Shown: one piece after another, positions 45,782 to 55,864 of the stretch | Numbering within the stretch: the first letter of the stretch is position 1 | How the letters are laid out: each line of letters begins with the position of its first letter | DNA from: an uncultured delta proteobacterium | GTDB lineage: Bacteria; Desulfobacterota; WTBG01; JAGOGO01 | NCBI GenBank assembly: GCA_963727835.1 | Contig: CAVSIB010000026.1 | Location: forward strand, 13,051-77,050 | DNA: 64,000 nt | Direction of reading: 5' to 3' | Made by a program: the position numbers and the translations under genes | The notes under the pieces: model-generated | What the model was told of the DNA's origin: nothing | Seen by the model: only the letters and a program-made list of their open reading frames with translations | Databases searched by the model: none

Positions 45782-45837
45782 CTCCCTTTTCGAAATCCAA
45801 ATTATCTTTGGATCACCCAAAAGGGAGGGCTTTTTTT
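45782..45837 (+). other. Nested stem-loop followed by T7 run (terminator-like) in the 780-bp AT-rich rho/acd intergenic region
   Basis: Outer stem CTCCCTTTT/AAAAGGGAG (45782-45790 / 45819-45827), inner stem ATCCAAA/TTTGGAT, then GGC TTTTTTT (45831-45837). Confidence 0.3.
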
Positions 45838-46285
45838 CGAAAGCATATCTCAGAGATTATCTTCTTGGGTGGGTTAACCTCAGTGTTTTTAATCTATAAC
45901 TATAACAACATCTTTTGTCAAGAAAAATTTTTAAATCGCGGTTTTGTCAGATAGTCAAGATCCTTGATGCTGCAATTTGATTCAACCACCTATTCGGCAA
46001 ATAAATAAAAAATTATTATGCACTAATAATAAAAGAGGGAAAGAGATTCTTTGGTTTTGGCTCTTGCCCTCAATACCTTTAGGCAAAGCTACTATCAAAG
46101 ATGTTTTTAGATAAATCGCTAGTAAAACTAAATACTTATTTTATTCTTAAAACACCAGATTTTTTATACCTATCTATATATAAATAATGGGTCATGTTAT
46201 AGAGAATCAAACTACTAAACCAGTTCATCAACCGAGCAAATCTTTCATCCCGGATTGATTCCTTAGCTATCGCCAACATTTTAAT

Positions 46286-47437
46286 TTATTTCAATTTTCC
46301 CAGGATCTCACGGCCAATAACGATTTTCTCTACCTCTTTTGTCCCTTCGTAAATTTCTAAGACCTTGGCTGCCCGGTAAAATCGCTCAATATCCTGATCA
46401 TTGAAATACCCATACCCCCCATGGAGCTGTAGCGACTCATCCGCTACTTCTACCGCAACATGACAGGCATAAAGTTTAGACATCGCGGTCAGTTTCGTGT
46501 CAGGCCGGCCTTGGTCAAGTAACCATGCTGCCTTGTAAACCATGTTGCGCGCAGTTTCAACCTTGGTTGCCATCTCAGCAATTTTAAATTGCGTAACCTG
46601 AAAAGCTCCCAGGGGCTGACCAAATTGTTTCCGCTCTTTGACATGTTTGACCGCCATGTCGAGCGCCCCTTGGGCGAGGCCCAATGCGTGCCCGGCTACA
46701 TAGGCCCGGGATCGGTCAAAAAAATTCATCAGCTGAATGAATCCGTTTCCTTCCTTCCCAATGAGGTTTTCTTGGGGAACCCGAACATCGGTGAAATAGA
46801 TGCTGGAGGTGTCCGAACACCTCAGCCCCATTTTCCCTTCCATCCGGTCGGCTTCGTAGCCTTTGCGATCCGTCTCCACCAGAATAATGCTGTGGCGGCT
46901 GGTCTTGGATTTTTCTTCCGGATTGGTAAGACAGTAGACGATCATATGGGTTCCTTTGGTGCCATTGCCGATCATGACTTTGCTACCGTTAATAACATAG
47001 TCCTTGCCGTCTTTAACTGCCGTGGTAGAAGCAGCAGCAGTATCGCTTCCAGCATCGGGTTCGGTGATGGCAAAACCAAAGATCGTATTGCCCTCAAAGA
47101 TGGGAGGCAAGAATTTCTTTTTCTGTTCCTCGGTTCCGTAGAGCAGGAGCTCTTCGACGCCAAAACTAATGGAGCAAAGCTGCTGGCCAATGCCGGGATC
47201 TACCCGCCAAAACTCCTCTAAAACCATCGCCTGTTCCAAGTACCCGAACCCAGGCCCGCCGTACTCCTCGGGAATAAAAAGGCCGACCAGACCGAGTTCC
47301 TTTGCTTTTTTAATTATTTCTTCGGGAAAGGTCTCGTTTAAATCATACTCACGGGCCACATCGGCAAACTCCCCAACCGCAAAATCCCGCGCTGCTTTCT
47401 TGATGTCTTTTTGCTCATTGGTTAAATCAAAATTCAT
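46286..47437 (-). CDS. Acyl-CoA dehydrogenase (short/medium-chain type)
   Basis: 383 aa with FAITEPDAGSD, QLHGGYGYFNDQDIERFYRAAKVLEIYEGT. Confidence 0.9.
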   Translation of the reverse strand: MNFDLTNEQKDIKKAARDFAVGEFADVAREYDLNETFPEEIIKKAKELGLVGLFIPEEYGGPGFGYLEQAMVLEEFWRVDPGIGQQLCSISFGVEELLLYGTEEQKKKFLPPIFEGNTIFGFAITEPDAGSDTAAASTTAVKDGKDYVINGSKVMIGNGTKGTHMIVYCLTNPEEKSKTSRHSIILVETDRKGYEADRMEGKMGLRCSDTSSIYFTDVRVPQENLIGKEGNGFIQLMNFFDRSRAYVAGHALGLAQGALDMAVKHVKERKQFGQPLGAFQVTQFKIAEMATKVETARNMVYKAAWLLDQGRPDTKLTAMSKLYACHVAVEVADESLQLHGGYGYFNDQDIERFYRAAKVLEIYEGTKEVEKIVIGREILGKLK

Positions 47438-47578
47438 GTCAGTGCCTCCTTTGTTAGTACGCTAATAACAATCGCCCATAGATTATAGCGTTACGCCACT
47501 ATTTTTTAATAAAATTGCCACCAGCTTCAAGACGCAACCATCTTTTGCTGCACCACTGAACGCCAGTCACCTTTGGTG

Positions 47579-49564
47579 CTAAAGCAAATTCACAAGTACT
47601 TCTGCCAGATCCTTCACTTCGATCTTATTTTCATATCCGGCTGTTTTTACTGCGTCCTCCAGCATGCTCATGCAGAAAGGACACACAGTTATAAGAAGCT
47701 CGGCACCTACCTCAGCCGCATCCCGAGCGCGAACCTCGGATATTTTTTCCTTGGCTTCGAATTCTTCCATCCAGACCCGGCCACCGCCTCCACCGCAGCA
47801 AAAGCTGTTGCGCCGGTTTCTTTTCATTTCCACAAATTTAACCCCCGGGATCGCTTGGATAACCATCCGCGGAGCATCATAGATTCCGCAGTGCCTTCCC
47901 AGGTAGCAGGGATCGTGATAGGTTACCCGCTTTTCTAACTTTTTGGAAATTGTCAGCTTCTTTTCCTGGATCAGCCCTGCCAGGAGTTCAGTATAGTGCT
48001 GAATTTTTATTTCCGTCTCAGTTTGAATCTCAAGTTTCTTGCGATAAAGGGGGTATTCATCCCGCAACATCTTCAATCCATGGGGGCAAGTGGTCACGAT
48101 CTCTTTAACGCCGCACTCTTCGAAAGTTTCGTAATTTTTCATGATCAGCTCTTCGAGGAGTCCTTCCTCGCCGATCCTTTTTGCCATATCTCCACAACAG
48201 GATTCTTTGTTTCCGAGAATGCCAAAATCCAATCCTGCCTTAGTAAATACTCCCGCCGCGCTTCGGGCAATCTCCTGCAAACGGTTATCGTATGCAGACG
48301 CGCATCCCACGTAGTAAAGCAACGCTGCCTCTTCTCCTTTGGAAAGGTCTTTTATTCCCAAATCTTTTGCCCATTCTATGCGTTTGTTCTTGGCCCCCTG
48401 ATAAGGGTTTCCATACTTGAAAATCACTTCTAGCGTTGTCCCCACCATCGCCGGCACCTGGGTGCCTTCTTCTACTTTAGACCTCCTGACTTCACGAATG
48501 ATGTCCAAATTATTAATGGATAACGGGCACTCCTCCACACAAGCCCGACAGGTGGTGCACATCCATGCTTCTTCTCCCTGAATAACTTCGGTTTTGGGAA
48601 TCTCGGCTATTGGTTTTTTTAACCATTCGTTTACTAAGCGTGAAATACTGTATTTTGCTTTCACATAAGTTTTTATCTTCTGGTTCATTCCCCGAGGTGA
48701 GAGCGTTTCTCCGCTGAGATTTGAAGGACACTTCGTTTCACACCGATTACAGCGGGTACAGGCATCAAAGGCAACAAGGTGTCGACGGCTAAATTCCTGG
48801 GTTAGTTTTTCTCTTTCTTCCAAAGTCACTACTTCTGGAGGAAGGGTTTCGATAATTACATTGAGAGAGCCGGCGATTACGTGAAAAAGTTTGGAAAAGG
48901 GCAGGTATCCGATAAACACCAGGCTTAAGACTGAATGGATCCACCAGATGGTGACATGCCATTGGAGCGCATCTCCTCCCCGGAGAAATCCGGCAAGGTA
49001 TGCACCCACTGGTTCCCAGGGTAACCACGGTTCCGGTTTAGCTACTAGGCGATACCCTTCGATAAGAAAGCCCGTGATACCAATTGCAAGAAGTAAAAAG
49101 AGCATCAGGGGGTCTTCAAGAAGATTATTCATTTTTCCGGCCTTGATTAGATATCGTCGGATCAAGGCCATTATCAGGCCGATAATAAATAACAGCCCAA
49201 AAACATCCAGGGCTAAAGAATAATAGAGGTATATCGGTCCTTTTAAAAAATGAAAAATATAATCATTAAAGGCTGACAATACAGTTCCCAAGAATAAGAC
49301 AAAGAAGCCCCACATGATAAACATGTGCATAAGGCCTCCGAAGAGGTCTCCAGAAAAGACTTTGGCGTTTCCCAGAATTTGTTTTAGGGTTGCTGAAAAA
49401 ATCTGCGAAAGATCTAACTTGTTTGCGCTGGGCCAGCCTTGCAACCAAACCCAGATATTCCGGTAACAACCACCGAGAAAAATCACTACTGAAAAAGCAG
49501 CCAGCAGATAAAAAACCCCGTGGTGGCTAATATTCCAAAACACTATTCGCTCAGCCATAATCAC
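47579..49564 (-). CDS. Membrane-anchored Fe-S oxidoreductase (HdrD/DsrK-like with N-terminal multi-TM domain), ETF-linked
   Basis: About 5-6 N-terminal TM helices, CTRCNRCETKCP and CTTCRACVEECP ferredoxin motifs, two CCG domains (ESCCGD, SFCCGGGGG). Confidence 0.8.
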   Translation of the reverse strand: MIMAERIVFWNISHHGVFYLLAAFSVVIFLGGCYRNIWVWLQGWPSANKLDLSQIFSATLKQILGNAKVFSGDLFGGLMHMFIMWGFFVLFLGTVLSAFNDYIFHFLKGPIYLYYSLALDVFGLLFIIGLIMALIRRYLIKAGKMNNLLEDPLMLFLLLAIGITGFLIEGYRLVAKPEPWLPWEPVGAYLAGFLRGGDALQWHVTIWWIHSVLSLVFIGYLPFSKLFHVIAGSLNVIIETLPPEVVTLEEREKLTQEFSRRHLVAFDACTRCNRCETKCPSNLSGETLSPRGMNQKIKTYVKAKYSISRLVNEWLKKPIAEIPKTEVIQGEEAWMCTTCRACVEECPLSINNLDIIREVRRSKVEEGTQVPAMVGTTLEVIFKYGNPYQGAKNKRIEWAKDLGIKDLSKGEEAALLYYVGCASAYDNRLQEIARSAAGVFTKAGLDFGILGNKESCCGDMAKRIGEEGLLEELIMKNYETFEECGVKEIVTTCPHGLKMLRDEYPLYRKKLEIQTETEIKIQHYTELLAGLIQEKKLTISKKLEKRVTYHDPCYLGRHCGIYDAPRMVIQAIPGVKFVEMKRNRRNSFCCGGGGGRVWMEEFEAKEKISEVRARDAAEVGAELLITVCPFCMSMLEDAVKTAGYENKIEVKDLAEVLVNLL

Positions 49565-49651
49565 ACCTTTCCTATCTGTGCATTCTTACGCTGGTTTAAA
49601 AATATTAACTTAAGGTTTCGCCCCCCCTTTTTTTATTAGGTTGAACGTGTA

Positions 49652-50239
49652 TCAACCGTTAAACACTATCCCTTCGAATAATGACTCATTGCTTGTTTCG
49701 ATGGCTTTTTTCATTGCAAAAACATAGTCGGGTCTCACTTCATTTTGCCAACGCGGATAACCTCCTCGCCAGACATATTGAATTAATTCATGAAACGAGT
49801 CCCAGCTAAAGGAGTAATCACCAATGGAAACCTTCTTTCTGTCTTCATTGATAATCACAGCAATATCAATCGCCGTGGCAAAATGTTGGATTAGATTTTC
49901 TACGGTTTTCCGATTCTTAGCTCCGTCGGGTTTCTGTTTGAAGCCCTCCGGCAGGGCAGGGAAGGGAAACAGTTTATAGACTTCCCCGATGAACCCTTGA
50001 AAGATAACTCCGTGAATAGCGCCCATCAGATTTCCGATATCGGAAGGGCGTTCAATATAATAAACGTGCCAGATATTCCCTTTGGAATCGGCTTCCTTTC
50101 TCTCAGATAGGTTCGAAATGTACTTGCAGAATTCACTCGCAAAGAAAAAGTAATGCTCTAGGAGAAGCATGTCACTTTCTATGTTGAAAAAGCCAAACGC
50201 AATCGGGCCATGACTGAGCGATTGAAATTCAAGGGGCAT
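49652..50239 (-). CDS. Hypothetical protein (195 aa) embedded in the beta-oxidation operon
   Basis: Co-oriented, 21 nt after the upstream gene. No motif I can name. Confidence 0.5.
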   Translation of the reverse strand: MPLEFQSLSHGPIAFGFFNIESDMLLLEHYFFFASEFCKYISNLSERKEADSKGNIWHVYYIERPSDIGNLMGAIHGVIFQGFIGEVYKLFPFPALPEGFKQKPDGAKNRKTVENLIQHFATAIDIAVIINEDRKKVSIGDYSFSWDSFHELIQYVWRGGYPRWQNEVRPDYVFAMKKAIETSNESLFEGIVFNG

Positions 50240-50260
50240 TTTGGGGCCTTTTATGAGCGG

Positions 50261-52285
50261 TTACTTTTTATAAGTTGGCGTCCTTCGTTCCTGAAACGCG
50301 GATATCCCTTCTTTTGCTGCTTCAGTGCAGGCTATGGCGCCAAAGCCTCGATAGCCGATTTCCAGAGCTTCCTGAAAGGTGTTGGCAGCAGCGCCATCTT
50401 TAATGGTTTTCTCGACAATAGAAACTGCTTCGCAACTCAGGGCAAGCTTTCCGGCCATGGGATTTTCGACCGTCTGAATCGCCTCGAGAGCAACTTTGCC
50501 ATCGGGAATCCTCGGTATTTTTCCCTGGAGGTTGTTAACTTCCTCAATCGCAGCTTTAACCGTGCTGAAATAGTCATCAGCAACTTTTTTTACCATCCCG
50601 AAGTTTTGAGCTTCCTGAACTTTTACGGATTTTCCTAATCGTAACATTTGATGAAAAACCGTGGCTGCCTGAGGCCATTTTCGGTAAGGGACAACACACC
50701 CTCCGATGCCCGGAAGGATTCCCAGCGTAATCTCGGGGAACTGGAAAGAAGCATTTTTGCTTGCCACGATGCTATGACAACGAATAGCAATTTCCAATCC
50801 TCCTCCTAAAGCCAGGCCGTTTACCGCTGCGACAACCGGTTTTTGCATGGTGTCAATGTATACCAATAGATTAGAGCAATCCCGAGCAAACGCGGCAGAG
50901 GCACCAGCGTTTCCGAGCATCTCGGGAAATTTGCCGATTTCCGCACCCGCGCAAAACGCTCGGTCACCATATCCGGTGATAACGAATCCTTTGATGGCAT
51001 TATTTGCGACATCTTCTTGAATGGCCGACAAGATTTCGTTATTCACCTCATCGTTAAGGGCATTCATAAACTGAGGCCTTCTGATGGTGATGATTTTTAC
51101 TCCCTCTATGACATCGATCAGAATGTGACGTCGAAAATTCTGGTACGTAGTAAACGGTTTTATGGGACCAGGAAACCCCGGTCGGTCTTTTTGAAAGGTT
51201 TCGATAATGCGTTTGGTTTCGGATTCACCCAGATCTCTCATGACATCCAAAGGACCTTTTTTAAATCCCAGCGCCATTTGGCACCCCAAATTGAGGTCCC
51301 CGGGAGTGCCGATACCGCGGTTCAGAATATCGAACGACTGGGATAAGAGAATGCCTAAAAGCCGATCCCTTATTTTCTTGCTGGTAGCTTGAGGAACCTC
51401 CAGAGGATCCCCCATGTTGATGGTTTTCCAGCGATCAACTGAGTTGAATACTTTTGCCGGGCGGTAATGCTCACCTTCCTCCATTTGGAGGGTATTGGTT
51501 TCAGCGATGATCGGGTTTCCATTGGCCATATTAAGGACAAAAAACGGTCCGGCGAAAACAAACTCTTCTGCAACTTTATCAATTTGGCTGGCGGTAGCAT
51601 CATTCAAAAGGTAGGCGGCATCATTACACCAGTTGTCAAAGATTCTGTCTAAGATAAAACAGATCACGTTTTCCGAGACGATAGGTGTTTTTCCTGTTAT
51701 ACAGAACATCCAGCAGAGGTAATCAACGATTTTTTGATCAGCTTTTTCCCAGGTTATAACTTCTACTGCCGGATTACGCCAGGCAGGGGCAAAAAAATGG
51801 GTGACCGTTGCTCTTTCAGGATTTTTCATTTCCGAAAAGATTCGATCCGCGGGGATTGAGCTGGTGTTAGAGGTTATGATTGTTTCCGGGGACACCATTT
51901 CTTCCACCATTTTAAATATTTTTTTCTTCAGAGAAATACTTTCGGTGGCGGCTTCGATAACCAGATCACAATTTTTTATGGTAGCATAGTCTTGGGTATA
52001 GGAAATATTTTCCAGAATTTTTTTCCCTTTATCTTCCGTCAGCTTCTTTTTCTTAATCGCTTTATCCACGTATCCCTGATAGCGCTTCTCCGCGCTTTTC
52101 AGAGGTTCTGCAACCACATCAATCAGAACAAGCTCCATATCCACAAGAGCGCTTTTCAAATAGTAGCCAATATCCGGTCCGATAGTACCCGCCCCAATGA
52201 GCGCTACTTTTTTAGGAAGAGGGCGGTCGGGTTTGAAGAGTAGGGGATTGGTGAAATTGGGGTAAAGCCTTGATCGATAGTCCAT
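50261..52285 (-). CDS. Bifunctional 3-hydroxyacyl-CoA dehydrogenase (N-terminal) / enoyl-CoA hydratase (C-terminal)
   Basis: KVALIGAGTIGPDIG Rossmann fold. The C-terminal crotonase fold has FVITGYGDRAFCAGAEIG and AAVNGLALGGGLEIA. Confidence 0.88.
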   Translation of the reverse strand: MDYRSRLYPNFTNPLLFKPDRPLPKKVALIGAGTIGPDIGYYLKSALVDMELVLIDVVAEPLKSAEKRYQGYVDKAIKKKKLTEDKGKKILENISYTQDYATIKNCDLVIEAATESISLKKKIFKMVEEMVSPETIITSNTSSIPADRIFSEMKNPERATVTHFFAPAWRNPAVEVITWEKADQKIVDYLCWMFCITGKTPIVSENVICFILDRIFDNWCNDAAYLLNDATASQIDKVAEEFVFAGPFFVLNMANGNPIIAETNTLQMEEGEHYRPAKVFNSVDRWKTINMGDPLEVPQATSKKIRDRLLGILLSQSFDILNRGIGTPGDLNLGCQMALGFKKGPLDVMRDLGESETKRIIETFQKDRPGFPGPIKPFTTYQNFRRHILIDVIEGVKIITIRRPQFMNALNDEVNNEILSAIQEDVANNAIKGFVITGYGDRAFCAGAEIGKFPEMLGNAGASAAFARDCSNLLVYIDTMQKPVVAAVNGLALGGGLEIAIRCHSIVASKNASFQFPEITLGILPGIGGCVVPYRKWPQAATVFHQMLRLGKSVKVQEAQNFGMVKKVADDYFSTVKAAIEEVNNLQGKIPRIPDGKVALEAIQTVENPMAGKLALSCEAVSIVEKTIKDGAAANTFQEALEIGYRGFGAIACTEAAKEGISAFQERRTPTYKK

Positions 52286-52465
52286 AGTAGCCTCCTTTTG
52301 TTACCTTCGATAAAGCAGAGAAAAAAGTTTTTTGGTTATCATCCTCCGTGGTTGCAAAAAGAACCCTGCAGATCGCAACAGTTTTTATTCTTGCTCTAAC
52401 CTGTTAAATGAGCTCCTGAACAGCTCCGGATCGATCGGGTGGATGAGAAAAGACTCACCCTTATT

Positions 52466-53443
52466 TTACGCTCTGAGAGCCTTTGCTTTTTCAGTTAACG
52501 CGGGCAATACTTTAAAGAGATCATCGACGATTCCGTACTGAGCAACATTGAAGATAGGGGCTTTAGGGTCTTTATTGACCGCAATGATGGTGCCGGAGTT
52601 TTTCATTCCCGCCACATGCTGAAACGCGCCGCTTATTCCCAACGCGATATATACCTTGGGCTTTACGGTTTTTCCGGAGGTGCCGACCTGCCGTTCTTTC
52701 GGGAGCCACTTTTTGTCAACCACCGGGCGAGAACAGGACAATGTTGCTCCTAAGGCCTTGGCCAAAGCTTCGGCTAAAGGAATGTTTTCCGCATCCCCGA
52801 TACCCCGTCCCACGGAAACCAGGATGTCGGCCCGGGTGATATCAACCTCACCGGCAGCGGCTTCAAGAAACTCAACAAACTTCCGCGCCTGTATCTCCGT
52901 GGTTAAAGGAGAAGGAACGGACATGACTTCGCCGTCGTAAGCGGCATCGATCTCAGCCGGGAAAGAACCAGGACGAAGCGTGACCAGACAGTTCTTTGCC
53001 CCCCGAAATCCAATGCGGGCATTAACTTTGTCAGAATACATTTTGCGGGTTGCTTCGATGCCGTCATTTCCAACTTCCACGTCAACGCAGTCGGTAGCTA
53101 AAGGCCATTTAAGGGCGGCTGAAAGCCGGGGAGCGAACTCCATCCCGTACGATGTGTGGCCCATGAGTAACAGCGAGGGAGCTTTTTCAGTTGCAAGGGC
53201 GCTCAGCACTGCTTGATAGGTGAGCGCATTGTACTGTTCTAACTGCTTATCCTCAATAGTCAGTATCTTGGAAGCGTATTTCTTTACCTTGTCAACATAC
53301 GCCTTGGCATCCGATGCTAAGATGACGGCACTGAGCTCTTGATTTAATTTTTCAGCCACCATTCGGCCTTTGCCTAACATTTCATAGCTTATTTCACGGA
53401 TTTCTCCGCGTCGATGTTCGATTAACACCCAGATTCCGCTCAT
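52466..53443 (-). CDS. etfA: Electron transfer flavoprotein subunit alpha
   Basis: VSVGRGIG, VGTSGKTVKPKVYIALGISGAFQHVAGM, IIAVNKDPKAPIF. Confidence 0.92.
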   Translation of the reverse strand: MSGIWVLIEHRRGEIREISYEMLGKGRMVAEKLNQELSAVILASDAKAYVDKVKKYASKILTIEDKQLEQYNALTYQAVLSALATEKAPSLLLMGHTSYGMEFAPRLSAALKWPLATDCVDVEVGNDGIEATRKMYSDKVNARIGFRGAKNCLVTLRPGSFPAEIDAAYDGEVMSVPSPLTTEIQARKFVEFLEAAAGEVDITRADILVSVGRGIGDAENIPLAEALAKALGATLSCSRPVVDKKWLPKERQVGTSGKTVKPKVYIALGISGAFQHVAGMKNSGTIIAVNKDPKAPIFNVAQYGIVDDLFKVLPALTEKAKALRA

Positions 53444-53444
53444 G

Positions 53445-54236
53445 TTATAGCCCTCCTTTTTCTTTCAAGATCTCGATTACTTTTACCGAAACATCATCAG
53501 GGCTTCCTTTAAAAATTTCTGCTACCTTGCCTGTTGGTGGCAGAAACAATTCTTTCAACTCGGTTAAAGAGCCTGCTGGCCCACAATCCTCTGGCGCAAG
53601 GGAAATATCATTGCGGCTGAGTTCTCGAAGTCCTTTGCTTTTTGCCTTGCGAATCCCCATAATGGATACATAGCGTGGTTCATTGATACCGGTTTGGATG
53701 GCAAGGACAGCGGGTAACTCAAGGGAAACCACTTCTTCCATGCCGCCCTCCAGTTCCCGATGAACCTGGGCTTTTTTGTCCTGGATGGTGAGCTTGGTTA
53801 CCATGGTGGCATGAGGAACGTGAAAAAGTTCAGCGAGAATCGGGCCGACCTGGCCGTAGCCGTCGTCTCCGGCCTGAACTCCGGTAAGCAGAAGGTCAAA
53901 GGGCTTATCTTTTAAAGCAGCATGTAAAGCCCGGGCAGTAGCATAAGGATCACCGCCGAAAAGTGCCGGATCGCTTAAATGCAATGCCTCATCTGCTCCC
54001 ATGGCCAAAGACCGTCTCAAGGTGTCCTGGGATTCCTGAGGTCCGAGGGTAACCACGGTAATCGTTCCGCCGCCCTGGCTTTCTTTAATGCGGACCGCTT
54101 CTTCAACCGCATAGTTATCCCATTCATTGATGTCGTATACCAAATCTTCAGTGCGAATACTTTTGCCCGACTTATCAATGGCAATTTCTGCTTCTGAGGT
54201 CTCAGGTACTCGCTTTACACAGACTATTATGTTCAT
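53445..54236 (-). CDS. etfB: Electron transfer flavoprotein subunit beta
   Basis: MNIIVCVKRVPE, NEWDNYAVEEA, LLLTGVQAGDDGYGQVG. Confidence 0.92.
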   Translation of the reverse strand: MNIIVCVKRVPETSEAEIAIDKSGKSIRTEDLVYDINEWDNYAVEEAVRIKESQGGGTITVVTLGPQESQDTLRRSLAMGADEALHLSDPALFGGDPYATARALHAALKDKPFDLLLTGVQAGDDGYGQVGPILAELFHVPHATMVTKLTIQDKKAQVHRELEGGMEEVVSLELPAVLAIQTGINEPRYVSIMGIRKAKSKGLRELSRNDISLAPEDCGPAGSLTELKELFLPPTGKVAEIFKGSPDDVSVKVIEILKEKGGL

Positions 54237-54328
54237 AAGGACCTCCTGACTTTAAACATTCCCGTAATTTTTTTGGTTATCCGTTCTTGATTTTATCAAC
54301 ACCCAATGGTTGTGAAATTTTGTTTTGT

Positions 54329-54358
54329 ATGTTGCCGCCCGTGAACGGGCGGCAACAT
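54329..54358. other. Perfect 13-bp GC-rich hairpin between thiolase and etfB
   Basis: ATGTTGCCGCCCG-TGAA-CGGGCGGCAACAT. No T-run follows in the minus (transcribed) orientation. Confidence 0.5.
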
Positions 54359-54435
54359 GATTGAGGAGGAGAGATAGAAAAAACAAGCGAAACAACTATT
54401 TAATTTTCAACAAAAAAACATTCAAGGAAAGGTGC

Positions 54436-55635
54436 TCAACCCGTGACCTTCACGATCATCGCTGCGCCAGTATCTCCTGCGGCGCACCCGGCAAACATTC
54501 CATAACCACCACCCCGTATAACCAATTCTTCAATCAACTCAATAATCAGACGGCCGGCCGTAGGTCCCTGGGGATGTCCAAAAATAATCGAGCTCCCGTA
54601 GTTGTTCATTGCCATAACATCAATTCCGAATTCCCGGGCGAAATAGAGGTCATTGATTACGAACGGGTTATGGGATTTATGTGCTTTTATGTCTTTTATG
54701 GAAAGGCCGGCTTTTTCTAAAGCCATTCTTGCTGCCGGGACCGGGGCCATTCCCATATGCGCCTTAGGTGCGCGGGCATACCCATAAGAAATGATTTGAG
54801 CTTCGACTTTTGGATCAGCGCTGAGCTCGCGGGCTTTTTCTTTTGTGGTTACAATGATCCCGCAGTTTCCGTCAGCCGGATGCGTCTGGGAACCGAAAGT
54901 GAGCACTCCGCCAGGGATTACCGGTTTAAGGCTCGCCAGCCCCTCTTTGGTGGTGGGCGTTATCCCTTCATCAGTCTCCAGGACGCCGACTTCCTTTTTG
55001 CCTTTTTTAAATTCTATAGGGAACATGTAGCGCTTCTGAAATGCTCGATCTTTGGCTAAAGCATCCATATACTGCTCATATCGTTTCAGCGTTACTGCAT
55101 CACAGTCTTCCTTGGTAACTCCCCCTTTCGTCAGTTTGGCAACGTTTTCTGCCGTCTCTATCATTGGTTTCTGTCCCCAGGGATCAAAATTGAAGTTGTC
55201 AAGCACCCAGTTTTCGACCACGACCTGGCCTCCCTGCCCCATGGGATTTGGCCAGATCGTATGGGGGCCGTTGGAGACCCTGTCGGTCATAAGACAACAG
55301 ACGTTAGAATACAACCCACAGTCAACGCCCAAAGCCGCTTGATTGACCACTGTTACCGATGTGGTACAAGCCTGAGAAATAAGCAATGCCGAGATGTCGG
55401 GATTACCCATGAGGGCGGCTGCCCACTGGGCTGAGTAAAAGGTGTGGCGCTGGGTTACGGTTTTTCCGAGAAAGAGGTAATCAAACATTTTGGGGTCAAA
55501 CTTTTTTGCCGCAAGCCATTTTTTTGCGGTTGCTGCAACCAGCTCAACCGGATGTTCACATTGAAGGCTTCCCTGCCAGCGAGAAAAGGGGGAACTGTAA
55601 TAACCGCGATAGGGGATAAATACTTTTGAGTACAT
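54436..55635 (-). CDS. Thiolase-family acetyl-CoA C-acyltransferase (divergent)
   Basis: 399 aa with SQACTTS (active-site Cys region), NNYGSSIIFGHPQGPTAGR, GCAAGDTGAAMIV. Confidence 0.82.
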   Translation of the reverse strand: MYSKVFIPYRGYYSSPFSRWQGSLQCEHPVELVAATAKKWLAAKKFDPKMFDYLFLGKTVTQRHTFYSAQWAAALMGNPDISALLISQACTTSVTVVNQAALGVDCGLYSNVCCLMTDRVSNGPHTIWPNPMGQGGQVVVENWVLDNFNFDPWGQKPMIETAENVAKLTKGGVTKEDCDAVTLKRYEQYMDALAKDRAFQKRYMFPIEFKKGKKEVGVLETDEGITPTTKEGLASLKPVIPGGVLTFGSQTHPADGNCGIIVTTKEKARELSADPKVEAQIISYGYARAPKAHMGMAPVPAARMALEKAGLSIKDIKAHKSHNPFVINDLYFAREFGIDVMAMNNYGSSIIFGHPQGPTAGRLIIELIEELVIRGGGYGMFAGCAAGDTGAAMIVKVTG

Positions 55636-55864
55636 GGCTAAATGCTCCTTTCTTTATTAGACGCTAATGCTAATCATTTTTTTCCCAAAACAGATTACTT
55701 ACAAAAGCTATGCCAGATAAACATAAAGCATAATATGTTGATATTTCAAATTTCTTTCCAACTACAGCCTAAAAATATGCGGTAAAAAGAAAGATTTTTT
55801 CCAAGTTTATTGAAAGAATCTTTCACCCAGAACTTTACAGCCGAAAGAAAGATAACCCTTCTTT

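Noticed and set aside
55701-55715. A sigma54-type promoter (minus strand TGGCAT-N5-TTGT) about 75 nt upstream of the thiolase gene.
   Set aside because: The invariant -12 GC is replaced by GT and the -24 element also has a mismatch. This could easily be chance.
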